Origin: Candidatus Enterenecus sp.
GTDB lineage: Bacteria > Bacillota > Clostridia > Oscillospirales > Oscillospiraceae
Length of the DNA: 64,000 nucleotides
Reading direction: 5' to 3'
Assembly (NCBI GenBank): GCA_051886935.1
Contig: JBJEYO010000004.1
Span: 9,634 to 73,633 of the forward strand
In this document: positions 10,379-19,019 of the stretch, in pieces
Position numbering within the stretch: position 1 is the stretch's first letter
Layout of the letters: the number at the start of each line of letters is the position of its first letter
Program-made: the position numbers and the translations under genes
Notes under the pieces: model-generated
What the model was told of the DNA's origin: nothing
The model's input: only the letters and a program-made list of their open reading frames with translations
Database searches by the model: none

Positions 10379-10971
10379 AACAGTCCCTCGCTTTTCATCA
10401 GTTGGGCCAGCTCCTCCGGGGCGTACAGGGCGTTGAGCACGGTGAGCAGGGCCTTGGCGCTCATATGCTGGGGCAGCTCCAGCGCTTTCAGCAGGGCCGC
10501 CCGCCGCTGGGCGGCGTCGGGGGTGCCGGTGAGCCCCAGGGCGAACAGGTCGGCGGGGGTGAGCTGCCCCCGGGGGGCGGCGGCCTCCTCCCCCTCCACG
10601 GTGGCCCCCGCCCGGAGAAGGGCCTGGACCAGCACCTCCGGGCTCATGCCCTCCACCCCCAGCTTGCCCTCTTTGCCGGGGGCGCGCTTGCGGCGCTCCT
10701 TGCCGTACACGTCGGGGATGTAGGCGTGCTTGACCTGCTCCGGGGGGATGGCCCCCTTGATATAGTTGCGGATGACAAAGCCCGCGCCGTCGGAGTCGGT
10801 GAGGACGATGAGCCCCTGCTTCTGAGCCAGGCGGCGGAGCAGGGCCAGCTTTTCACTGTCCTTGAACACGGAGAACCCGGAGGTCTCCAAAATCACCGCG
10901 TCCACCGCCTGGGACAGGGTGTTCTTGTCGTAGCGGCCCTCCACCACGATAGCCTCTTTGATGCGGATCAT
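10375..10971 (-). CDS. rnmV: Ribonuclease M5-like Toprim protein (C-terminal DUF4093-type region)
   Basis: MIRIKEAIVVEGRYD, LTDSDGAG, LGVEG. The real start is ATG at 10971, overlapping the holA stop (ATGA). Confidence 0.8.
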   Translation of the reverse strand: MIRIKEAIVVEGRYDKNTLSQAVDAVILETSGFSVFKDSEKLALLRRLAQKQGLIVLTDSDGAGFVIRNYIKGAIPPEQVKHAYIPDVYGKERRKRAPGKEGKLGVEGMSPEVLVQALLRAGATVEGEEAAAPRGQLTPADLFALGLTGTPDAAQRRAALLKALELPQHMSAKALLTVLNALYAPEELAQLMKSEGLL

Positions 10972-12020
10972 CGGATGGCCCTCCGGCCGGCGGCCAGCTC
11001 CATCAGCAGGGAGACCAGCACCTCCTGCTCCTGGCCGTAGGAGGCCTTGAGCTGGAACTCGGTCTCGCTGCATCGGCGCACCGCGTGGCGGCACCAGGGG
11101 AGGGAGAACCGGCGGGCGGCGTCCAGCAGCTTGTCGGCGGGATAGGTGTTTTTCATGCCCCACAGGGCCATGAACTCCTCCCGGCCCTTGCCCCGGTCCA
11201 GATAGAGCCGGGCGGTGTAGAGCTGGCGGAAGTATTTGCCCATCACCGACAGAATCATGACGGCGGGCTCCTGGCTGTGCATCAGGTCGGCCAGCACGCT
11301 GGCGGCCTTGTCGAAGTCCTTGCGGGCCATGGCGTCGGTCATCTGAAAGACCACCGCGTCGATCTGGGGGATGGCCACCGCATCGATGTCCGCCCGGGTG
11401 ACCCGCTGGGCGGAGGCGTAGGCGGCGATCTTGCCGATCTCGGAGGCCAGGTTGTTCATCAGGTCCCCGCACAGGAAGATGAGGTAGCGGGCGTCCTCGG
11501 TGTCGATGGTGTGGCCCGTGGCCTTGAACCGGCGGCAGATCCAGTCGGTCAGGTCTCCCTGCTCCTGGCGCTGGAAGTTGACAATGGCGTTTTTCGCCTT
11601 GAAGACCCCGGCCAGCTTGGAGCGGCCGTCGGCCTTGTAGGGCAGCAGGTCGTAGACAAAGGTCAGACAGCAGTAGTCGGGCAGGTCGCCGATCAGGGCG
11701 GCCAGCCGGTCCCGCTCCTTGTCGCCCAGGGCGAACAGGTCATAGTCAGTGACCAGCACCAGGGTGCGCTCACTCATCATGGGCAGGCAGTCCACCGCCT
11801 GCTCGATCCAGTCCACGGAGCACTCCTTCCCCTGGGCGGTGTGGAGGTTGAAGTCCTCCAGCCCGGCGGGGAGCAGGGCCTTTTTCAGCTCCCCCAGGTA
11901 GTAGTCCCGCAGGTAGGCCTCCTCCCCGTAAAACAGGTAGAGGGAGCCGGGGGTGCCGGAGCGGAGAGCCTGCTTCAGCGCCCGCATGGCGGTGTTGTCG
12001 GTTTTCGGCTTGGGGGGCAT
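10968..12020 (-). CDS. holA: DNA polymerase III delta subunit
   Basis: YLFYGEEAYL, DFN, LPMMSERTLV, 350 aa; follows comEC. Confidence 0.92.
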   Translation of the reverse strand: MPPKPKTDNTAMRALKQALRSGTPGSLYLFYGEEAYLRDYYLGELKKALLPAGLEDFNLHTAQGKECSVDWIEQAVDCLPMMSERTLVLVTDYDLFALGDKERDRLAALIGDLPDYCCLTFVYDLLPYKADGRSKLAGVFKAKNAIVNFQRQEQGDLTDWICRRFKATGHTIDTEDARYLIFLCGDLMNNLASEIGKIAAYASAQRVTRADIDAVAIPQIDAVVFQMTDAMARKDFDKAASVLADLMHSQEPAVMILSVMGKYFRQLYTARLYLDRGKGREEFMALWGMKNTYPADKLLDAARRFSLPWCRHAVRRCSETEFQLKASYGQEQEVLVSLLMELAAGRRAIR

Positions 12021-12042
12021 GGAGGCTCCTCCTTTTTTGTAG

Positions 12043-14385
12043 TCAGCGGACGGACACCAGGCCGTCCCGCAGGGTGACGGTCACCGGCCCGTCCAGGTCG
12101 GTGCGGTACACCGCCGCGCCGACGGCGGCCAGGCGGTCCAGCGTCTCCAGGGCGGGGTGGCCATAGGAATTATACCCCACGGAGATGACGGCCAGCTCCG
12201 GCCGCAGCACATCCAGCAGCTCCTGGCAGGTGGAGCCGGCGGAGCCGTGGTGGCCCACCAGCAGCAGCTCCAGGTCGGGAATGGGGCAGTATTTTACCAG
12301 CATCCGCTCCACAAAGGCATCGGCGTCGCCGGTGATGAGGACATCGAACTCCCCGTGGGAGCAGAGCACGAACAGGCCCTCCTCGTTGGAGGTGCCGCTG
12401 CCCAGGGGTGGGTAGAGGGTCACGGCGGAGTTGCCGAGAGACAGCTCCCGCCGGCTATCCACCAGGATGAGCTCCGCGCCCTCGGCCCCGGCCATGGCGG
12501 AGAGCAGGGCCAGCTTGTCCCGGTTGGCGCCGGTGTCGGGGGCGAAGACCCGCTTCACCTCCAGGCGGCAGAACAGCTGGGAGACGCCGTTGAAGTGGTC
12601 GTCATCCAGGTGGGTGAGCACCAGGGCGTCCAGGGTAGAGCGACCCATGGCGGCCAGACGGTCGGCGGCGATGTCCCCGGCGGAGGAGGACGCGCTGCCG
12701 CCGCAGTCCACCAGCACGGCCTGGCCGCCGGACAGCAGCAGGGTGGAGGCGCCCTGACCCACATCCAGAGCGGTGACGGTCAGGTCGGCCCGGCGGACCG
12801 TCCACACATTCAGTCCCACGGCGAGGGCCAGCAGGGCCGCCAGACAGGGGAGTGTGACCGCCGCCTGCCGCCAGCGGCGGCGGGAGAGAACGAGAATCAG
12901 CAAAAGTACATAGACGGCGGCCAGCCAGATACGGAAATAGAGGTTGGAGCCGTCCAGACTGGAGAGGGGCCAGCGGCCGATGACTCCCACCACCGCCCGG
13001 ATATACCGGGCCAGCAGGCCGCACACCGCGCCGGGAAAGGCCATGGCGCCGGGGAGAAAGACGGCCAGAGTGCCGATGATGAGGGCGCAGACCATCAGCA
13101 GGGTCACGGCCCACAGCACCAGAATGTTGGTCAGGGGCGCGGCCAGGACGATCTGCCCGAAGTACAGGACGATGAGGGGGACGGTGAACAGCATGGCCCC
13201 CAGGGACACCGACACATTGGCGGCGAGAAGATAGGCCAGCCGCCGCAGGAGCTTGTTTTTGCACCTGGCCTTTACCGGGCGGTACAGCCCGTCGGTCAGC
13301 CGCTGTGTCACCAGCAGGATGCCGGCCACGGAGGCGAAGGACAGCTGCAGGCTGATGCTGGCGGCGGCAAAGGGGTTCTGGATGAGCAGCACCAGCAGGG
13401 CGAAGCCCAGGGAGGTGGGCGGATCGTCCTCCCGGCCCAGCACCGGCCCGGCCAGCAGCACCGCCTGCATGATGACCGCCCGGAAGGCGGAGGGGGTGCC
13501 GCCGGCCATGAGGGCGTAAAAGACCAGCAGGGGCACCAGACACAGGGCCGCGCCCCGCCGGCCCCGGCACAGAATGAGAATCATGGACACCAGGAAGGAG
13601 ATGTGCATCCCGGACACCACCGCCGCGTGCATGACTCCGGCCCGGTTCAGGGCGGAGTAGAGCTGCTGGCTGAGGCCGGACTTGTCTCCCAGGGTCACCG
13701 CCGCGGCCAGGGGCGCGGCGGCGCCGTCAAAGGCGGCGCAGATGCCGGCCTTCAGCTTCCGGGCGCACAGGTCGGGCCAGTAGCGGAACGGGACGGAGGC
13801 GGCGGGCTCGGTCTCCGGGGGATCGTTGCAATAGGCCAGCAGGAACACGCCCCGGGCGGTGTAATAGGTGGTGTCGTCCCCGTATACATGGTCGGAGGCC
13901 CTGATCCGGGCGGTGCAGGAGACGCGGTCGCCGGGCTTCAGCCCGCCCCAGTCGGCACTGCCGTAGAGCAGCACGTCGGGGCTGCCGGAAACGCCCTCCA
14001 GCTGGACGGTCATGGACCAGCCGCCGATGGAGGTCTCCGTCGGGTAGGAGGACACAGTGCCCGAGATAGCCTGCTCCGTGTCCGCCAGCTCCAGGGCCGG
14101 GGCGTAAAACAGCAGGGAGTAGGCGGAAAACCACAGAAAGGCCGCCGCGCCGCCCAGGCAGAGGGCGGCTCCCCGGCGGGAGAGCTGAAAGGCGTACCGC
14201 CGGCGGGCGGGGAGCAGAGCGGGGTCCGGGCTCTCCGCAGGGCGGGGACGGGTCTTTCCCCACAGCAGCAGGCACAGGGCGCACAGCCCGGCGGAGATGA
14301 GGGCGGCTGTCAGGCCGCTGCCGGCAAAACAGGACAGCAGGCAGGCCGTGCCGAAGCCCGCCGAAAACCATGCCAGCTTACGCAT
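12043..14385 (-). CDS. comEC: Competence channel protein ComEC/Rec2 (competence domain + MBL-fold domain)
   Basis: HAAVVSGMHI, PSAFRA, QLSF, ALDVGQG, LTHLDDDH, GHHGS, YGHP. Confidence 0.95.
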   Translation of the reverse strand: MRKLAWFSAGFGTACLLSCFAGSGLTAALISAGLCALCLLLWGKTRPRPAESPDPALLPARRRYAFQLSRRGAALCLGGAAAFLWFSAYSLLFYAPALELADTEQAISGTVSSYPTETSIGGWSMTVQLEGVSGSPDVLLYGSADWGGLKPGDRVSCTARIRASDHVYGDDTTYYTARGVFLLAYCNDPPETEPAASVPFRYWPDLCARKLKAGICAAFDGAAAPLAAAVTLGDKSGLSQQLYSALNRAGVMHAAVVSGMHISFLVSMILILCRGRRGAALCLVPLLVFYALMAGGTPSAFRAVIMQAVLLAGPVLGREDDPPTSLGFALLVLLIQNPFAAASISLQLSFASVAGILLVTQRLTDGLYRPVKARCKNKLLRRLAYLLAANVSVSLGAMLFTVPLIVLYFGQIVLAAPLTNILVLWAVTLLMVCALIIGTLAVFLPGAMAFPGAVCGLLARYIRAVVGVIGRWPLSSLDGSNLYFRIWLAAVYVLLLILVLSRRRWRQAAVTLPCLAALLALAVGLNVWTVRRADLTVTALDVGQGASTLLLSGGQAVLVDCGGSASSSAGDIAADRLAAMGRSTLDALVLTHLDDDHFNGVSQLFCRLEVKRVFAPDTGANRDKLALLSAMAGAEGAELILVDSRRELSLGNSAVTLYPPLGSGTSNEEGLFVLCSHGEFDVLITGDADAFVERMLVKYCPIPDLELLLVGHHGSAGSTCQELLDVLRPELAVISVGYNSYGHPALETLDRLAAVGAAVYRTDLDGPVTVTLRDGLVSVR

Positions 14386-14406
14386 ACCGTACCCGCCTTT
14401 CTCTCT

Positions 14407-14435
14407 ATTTTACCGTCCCTGCCGGGACAAGTCAA
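14407..14435 (-). promoter_or_regulatory. Sigma-A promoter of comEC-holA-rnmV-fumarase operon
   Basis: Minus strand TTGACT-N17-TAAAAT just upstream of the SD and ATG. Confidence 0.65.
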
Positions 14436-14484
14436 TGGGCCGGACACAAAGACCCCCGTGCCGCCGGGGCACGGGGGTGGACCG

Positions 14485-14724
14485 TCAATTCTGCGTCTCG
14501 CCGGAGGATGGCGGGACAAACTCCAGCAGGTCGCCGATCCCGCACTCCAGCACGGTGCACAGCCGGGCCAGCACATCGGCGTCGAAACGGGTGACTTCAT
14601 TCCTGCAATATTTGTTCAGCTGCGTGCGCTGCAATTCGGCCCGCTGCGCCAGCTTGTTTTTGCTGATGCCCCGGCGCTGGATCAGCTCGTCCAGATGGTT
14701 GATCACCATGCCGTATTCTTTCAT
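14485..14724 (-). CDS. Small Cro/C1-type HTH transcriptional regulator (YozG/HTH_26-like)
   Basis: 79 aa, LDELIQRRGISKNKLAQRAELQRTQLNKYC...LARLCTVLECGIGDLLEF; GAGGTG SD; GC hairpin 14452-14478 downstream. Confidence 0.85.
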   Translation of the reverse strand: MKEYGMVINHLDELIQRRGISKNKLAQRAELQRTQLNKYCRNEVTRFDADVLARLCTVLECGIGDLLEFVPPSSGETQN

Positions 14725-14849
14725 GCCGGCACCTCTTTTCAGGGGAGGGTTGTTAAAAACAGTATACCCTGGGCAGAAATGCTTAAATAGCTGAAAGAAA
14801 TTAGAATGTAAATAATTACAGGTATTGAAGTGAGGGTGCAGAGGGGGTA

Positions 14850-15549
14850 TTTCGCCTCCGGCGGGGACGGGAGAACGCCGCCTGCGGGCGGCGGACGCTC
14901 CGCTGGGCCTACTTTCCGAATGCGCGGAAAGTAGGCCACTCCGGCCCAAGAGCCGCCCTGTGGGCGGTTGGCCTGCGTAAGCGCCTCGCTGCGGCTCGGT
15001 GAAAGGCGCAGTCAAGGGGAGGGTGTTTCGAGTCCCCCTCCCCTTGACAAACCCCACCCGCAACGACCAACACAAGGGGGGCAGCGGCCCCCCTTATTGG
15101 ATGTATCCCCCCGGGGAGCGGAAGTGCTCAGTCGTTGGAACTGCTTTGCTCTCAAGCTACTGTGCCTGGCCAGGCGCAGTAGTTTGAAAGGCTGGCAGTT
15201 CTACCGGGGGGAAACGAGCGGCAGCGGGCGGGAGGAGCAGGTCAAATCAGGTCTTGCGCGCCGGGCGGCAGAAGTTCGGGCCAAAGGATTTGCCCCGGCG
15301 GGATACCTAAGGGCGGCCAGCCCTTAGGCGCGTTTTTGGTGACTTTTGTCGCGTTACAAAAGTCACCCCAGCGGAGCGTCCTTGCCCGGAGGCGAAACCT
15401 CTCCTCGTCCCGTGCGAACGGAAGTGGTCCTTTAGATCATATCCTGCCCGAAGCGGAACCGGATTTCCCCCCTGAGCCGCCCTTTGGTTACTTTCGGGCG
15501 GCGCCGAAAGTAACCCATAGCGGAGCGAGCCCTGCCTTCAGGCGAAACC
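14850..15549. repeat. Non-coding, highly structured inverted-repeat element (MITE/REP-like or structured RNA) with a duplicated right end
   Basis: Perfect IRs TTTCGCCTCCGG (14850-14861)/CCGGAGGCGAAA (15386-15397) and GGACGCTCCGCTGGG (14893-14907)/CCCAGCGGAGCGTCC (15367-15381). Three related ACTTT..AAAGT hairpins and many internal hairpins. No credible CDS. Confidence 0.7.
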
Positions 15550-15621
15550 TCCCCGGTTGAGGCTGTACTTTCAGCGGATTTTCTGTTATGATGGTACCAC
15601 TTGACGAAAAGGACTGATACC

Positions 15622-18159
15622 ATGCTGACCCATGAACAGGAGCTGGAATTCTGCCGCGCCCGGCGGGCGGCCATCGCTCTGAACTATCCCAGGCTGAACA
15701 AGGAGCAGCGCCAGGCGGTGCTGGCCACCGAAGGCCCCCTGCTGCTGTTGGCCGGGGCGGGCTCCGGCAAGACCACGGTGCTCATCCACCGGGTGGCCAA
15801 CCTGATCCGCTACGGCCGCGGCTCCGACACCCCCGAGGTGCCCGACTGGGTGACGGAGGAGGACCTGGCCTTTCTGAAGGACTACGCCGCCCACCCGGAC
15901 CCGGAGAAGAAGCTGTATGCCGACCGCCTGTGCGCCGTGGAGCCCGCCGCCCCCTGGTCCATCATCGCCATCACCTTCACCAACAAGGCCGCCGGGGAGC
16001 TGAAGGACCGGCTGGAGCGGGCCCTGGGCCCCCAGGCCCGGGACGTGTGGGCCTCCACCTTCCACTCCGCCTGCGTGCGCATCCTGCGCCGGGACATCGA
16101 GAAGCTGGGCTTCCCCTCCGACTTCACCATCTATGACACCGATGACACCATCCGGGTCATGAAGGACTGCCTGAAGGAGCAGGGGGTGGATGACAAGCAG
16201 TTCCCGCCCCGGTCCGTGCTGGCGGTCATCTCCAAGGCCAAGGACAAGCTGCAGCTGGCGGCGGACTTTGAAAAGGAGTGCGCCAAAAGCGGGGACTTCC
16301 GCCTGCAGAAGATGGCCCGGCTGTATACCGCCTACGAGAAAAAGCTGTGGGACGCGGGGGCCCTGGACTTCGACGATATTCTGCTCCACACCGTCCGCCT
16401 GCTCCAGCAGGACGAGGGCGTGCGTACTTACTACCAGCGGAAGTTCCGCTATGTGCTCATCGACGAGTATCAGGACACCAACAACCTGCAGTACCTGCTG
16501 GCCACTCTGCTGGCCGGGGGGTACGAGAACATCTGCGTGGTGGGCGACGATGACCAGTCCATCTACCGCTTCCGCGGGGCCACCATTGAGAACATCCTGT
16601 CCTTTGAGGACCAGTACAAGGGCTGCCGCACCATCCGGCTGGAGCAGAACTACCGCTCCACCAAGAACATTCTGGCGGCGGCCAACGCGGTCATCAAGCA
16701 CAACGAGGGCCGCAAGGGCAAGGAGCTGTGGACGGCGGGGGCGGAGGGGGACAAGGTGTCCCTCTATACCGCCATGAACGAGAACGACGAGGCCCAGTAT
16801 GTGGCCAACCGCATCCTGGCCGACTACCGGGCGGGGCGGCGGTGGAACGACCACGCCATCCTCTACCGCATGAACGCCCAGTCCAACCAGCTGGAGGTGG
16901 CCTTCAAGCGCAACGGCATCCCCTACCGGGTCATCGGCGGCACCCGGTTCTTCGACCGGGCCGAGGTCAAGGACATGCTGGCCTACCTGTGCGCCATCCA
17001 GAACCACGCCGACGACCTGCGCCTGCGGCGCATCATCAACAACCCGCCCCGGGGTATCGGAGACACCACTGTGGACAAGGCCCAGGCCATCGCCGCCCAG
17101 CGGGGCTGCTCCCTGTGGGACGTCATCGCCGCCCCGGAGGACTATCCGGAACTCCAGCGGGCGGCGGCCAAGCTGGGCCAGTTCACCGCCCTGATGGAGG
17201 AGCTGACCGGCCTGTCCCGCACCATGGACCTGCCTGCCTTTTATGAGGAGGTGGTGTCCCGCACCGGGTACGCCGCCATGCTCCAGCTGAAAAACGACAT
17301 CGAGAGCCGCACCCGGCTGGAGAACGTGCGGGAGCTGCTGACCTCCATCAACGGCTATATTGAGAACGCCGAGGGGGAGCCCACTCTGGCGGGCTTCCTG
17401 GACGAGATCGCCCTGTACACCGACCTGGACAACCACGACCCCAACGAGGACGCGGTGGTCATGATGACCATGCACTCCGCCAAGGGGCTGGAGTTCCCCG
17501 TGGTGTTCGTGGTGGGCATGGAGGAGGGCATCTTCCCCGGCATGCGCTCCATCGGCGACGCGGAGGAGATGGAGGAGGAGCGGCGGCTGTGCTATGTGGC
17601 CCTGACCCGGGCCAAGGAGCAGCTGTACCTGACCTGCGCGGGCCAGCGGATGCTCTTTGGCCGCACCAGCGCCAACCGGCCCTCCCGGTTCACCGGGGAG
17701 ATCCCCCCGGAGCTGCTGGAGCAGTCCGGGCGGACCTACGCCGACCGGAGCAATTCCGGCTACGGCGTGGGGTACAGCCAGCGGGGCTGGCAGGACTACG
17801 ACTTTGACCAGCGACCGGCCCGGCCCGCCTATCCCGGCGGCGGCCAGCGTCCCCAGCGGCCCGCAGCACCGGCGTCCGCTCCGGCCCGGCCCTCCGCCGG
17901 CCGTCCCGCCCCCTCCCACGCCGCCCGGAAGCCCATCGCCGCCAGCCCCTCCGGCGGCTACACCCCGCCCGCCAAGCCGGCGGCGGCTCTGCCCGCCTTC
18001 CAGAAGGGGGACATGCTGGAGCACAAGGCCTTCGGCCGGGGCATGGTGCTGTCGGTGCAGAAGATGGGGGGCGACGCCCTCATCGAGATCGCCTTCGACA
18101 ACGTGGGCACCAAGCGGCTCATGCTCAAGTCCGCCGCCCAGCATATGAAAAAGCTCTGA
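15622..18159 (+). CDS. pcrA: ATP-dependent DNA helicase PcrA/UvrD
   Basis: AGAGSGKT, TFTNKAA, IDEYQD, VGDDDQSIY, QNYRS, TMHSAKGLEF, EEERRLCYVALTRA, C-terminal Tudor-like HKAFGRG. Confidence 0.96.
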   Translation: MLTHEQELEFCRARRAAIALNYPRLNKEQRQAVLATEGPLLLLAGAGSGKTTVLIHRVANLIRYGRGSDTPEVPDWVTEEDLAFLKDYAAHPDPEKKLYADRLCAVEPAAPWSIIAITFTNKAAGELKDRLERALGPQARDVWASTFHSACVRILRRDIEKLGFPSDFTIYDTDDTIRVMKDCLKEQGVDDKQFPPRSVLAVISKAKDKLQLAADFEKECAKSGDFRLQKMARLYTAYEKKLWDAGALDFDDILLHTVRLLQQDEGVRTYYQRKFRYVLIDEYQDTNNLQYLLATLLAGGYENICVVGDDDQSIYRFRGATIENILSFEDQYKGCRTIRLEQNYRSTKNILAAANAVIKHNEGRKGKELWTAGAEGDKVSLYTAMNENDEAQYVANRILADYRAGRRWNDHAILYRMNAQSNQLEVAFKRNGIPYRVIGGTRFFDRAEVKDMLAYLCAIQNHADDLRLRRIINNPPRGIGDTTVDKAQAIAAQRGCSLWDVIAAPEDYPELQRAAAKLGQFTALMEELTGLSRTMDLPAFYEEVVSRTGYAAMLQLKNDIESRTRLENVRELLTSINGYIENAEGEPTLAGFLDEIALYTDLDNHDPNEDAVVMMTMHSAKGLEFPVVFVVGMEEGIFPGMRSIGDAEEMEEERRLCYVALTRAKEQLYLTCAGQRMLFGRTSANRPSRFTGEIPPELLEQSGRTYADRSNSGYGVGYSQRGWQDYDFDQRPARPAYPGGGQRPQRPAAPASAPARPSAGRPAPSHAARKPIAASPSGGYTPPAKPAAALPAFQKGDMLEHKAFGRGMVLSVQKMGGDALIEIAFDNVGTKRLMLKSAAQHMKKL

Positions 18160-18273
18160 GAAAGTCAGAGCTCCTGAAAAACAGGTATTGTGCTTTGCCT
18201 CCTGCCGTGATACACTGAACCACAAGATGTTGCATATCAGAGAAAGATACGGCACAAGGGAAGGGAGAGTTTC

Positions 18274-18897
18274 ATGAAACGATTGAATGATTTTATCCTC
18301 GCCGTGCTGGCGGGGGCGGCCATCTCCATCGGCGGGGCGGTGTTCCTGTCTCTGGACAGCAAGGTGCTGGGGGCGCTGTTCTTCTGCGTGGGCCTGTTCA
18401 TGGTGTGCACCATGGGGCTGAACCTGTACACCGGCAAGGTGTGCTACCTGCCCGGCAAGCCCGTCTCCTATGTGGGCTTTCTGGTGCTGGTGTGGGTGGG
18501 AAACCTGGCGGGGGCGGAGCTCGTGGCCCTGCTGCTGAAGGCCACCCGGGTGGGCGCCGCCCTGGCGGAGAAGGCCGCCGGACTGTGCGCCGTCAAGACC
18601 GGGGACAGCCTGATCTCCCTGTTCGTGCTGGGTATTTTCTGCAATATCATGATTTACGTCGGGGTGGAGAGCTATCTCAGCAATCCCCACCAGCTGGGCA
18701 AGTACCTGGGCATGATCTTCGGCGTGACGGTGTTCATCCTGTGCGGATTTGAGCACTGTGTGGCCGATATGTTCTACTTCGCCATGGGCGGGTGGAGCTG
18801 GCGGGCCCTGCTGTGCCTGGCGGTCATCACTCTGGGCAACGCCGTGGGCGGGGTCGCCTTCCCTCTGGCCCGGCGGCTGGGGAAGAGGGAGAACTGA
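18274..18897 (+). CDS. Formate/nitrite transporter family channel
   Basis: LNLYTGK, GNLAG, GIFCN, GFEHCVADM, LGNAVGG. Confidence 0.9.
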   Translation: MKRLNDFILAVLAGAAISIGGAVFLSLDSKVLGALFFCVGLFMVCTMGLNLYTGKVCYLPGKPVSYVGFLVLVWVGNLAGAELVALLLKATRVGAALAEKAAGLCAVKTGDSLISLFVLGIFCNIMIYVGVESYLSNPHQLGKYLGMIFGVTVFILCGFEHCVADMFYFAMGGWSWRALLCLAVITLGNAVGGVAFPLARRLGKREN

Positions 18898-18915
18898 CAG
18901 AGCTCCGGGACTTCT

Positions 18916-18942
18916 CGGCCCGATGAGGGCATCGGGCCCTAC
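18916..18942 (-). repeat. Single GTAG-type REP-like palindrome
   Basis: Minus strand GTAG-GGCCCGATG-ccct-CATCGGGCC-G: a GTAG foot followed by a 9-bp stem. Confidence 0.6.
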
Positions 18943-18974
18943 GCCATGCAAGGGATGCGGCGGGTATATTGGAT

Positions 18975-19015
18975 AAAAGCAGGGGCCGGTTCGCAATGAA
19001 CCGGCCCCTGTTTTG
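18975..19015. terminator. Bidirectional intrinsic terminator (FNT/glpK)
   Basis: AAAAGCAGGGGCCGGTTC-gcaat-GAACCGGCCCCTGTTTT. Confidence 0.8.
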
Positions 19016-19019
19016 CTGT

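Noticed and set aside
10375-11472. 365-aa ORF call
   Set aside because: The N-terminal part overlaps holA out of frame; the true rnmV-like start is at 10971.
15011-15100. Possible tRNA (TTCGAGTCCC)
   Set aside because: No D-arm, anticodon arm, acceptor stem or CCA end.
14850-15549. Possible CRISPR array
   Set aside because: The repeats are few, inverted or diverged and irregularly spaced, and there are no cas genes.
14739-15674. Short ORFs within the structured intergenic element, and the 196-aa extension of the HTH gene
   Set aside because: No SDs or protein-like motifs. They traverse palindromic DNA, and the HTH gene has a good SD and ATG at 14724.
15586-18996. 1136-aa minus-strand ORF, and similar long shadows at 5555-7648, 12157-14790, 30282-32723, 32833-35007, 44005-46518, 55149-57077 and 57560-59464
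   Set aside because: Antisense or alternative-frame shadows of well-supported genes, with no recognisable motifs or SDs.
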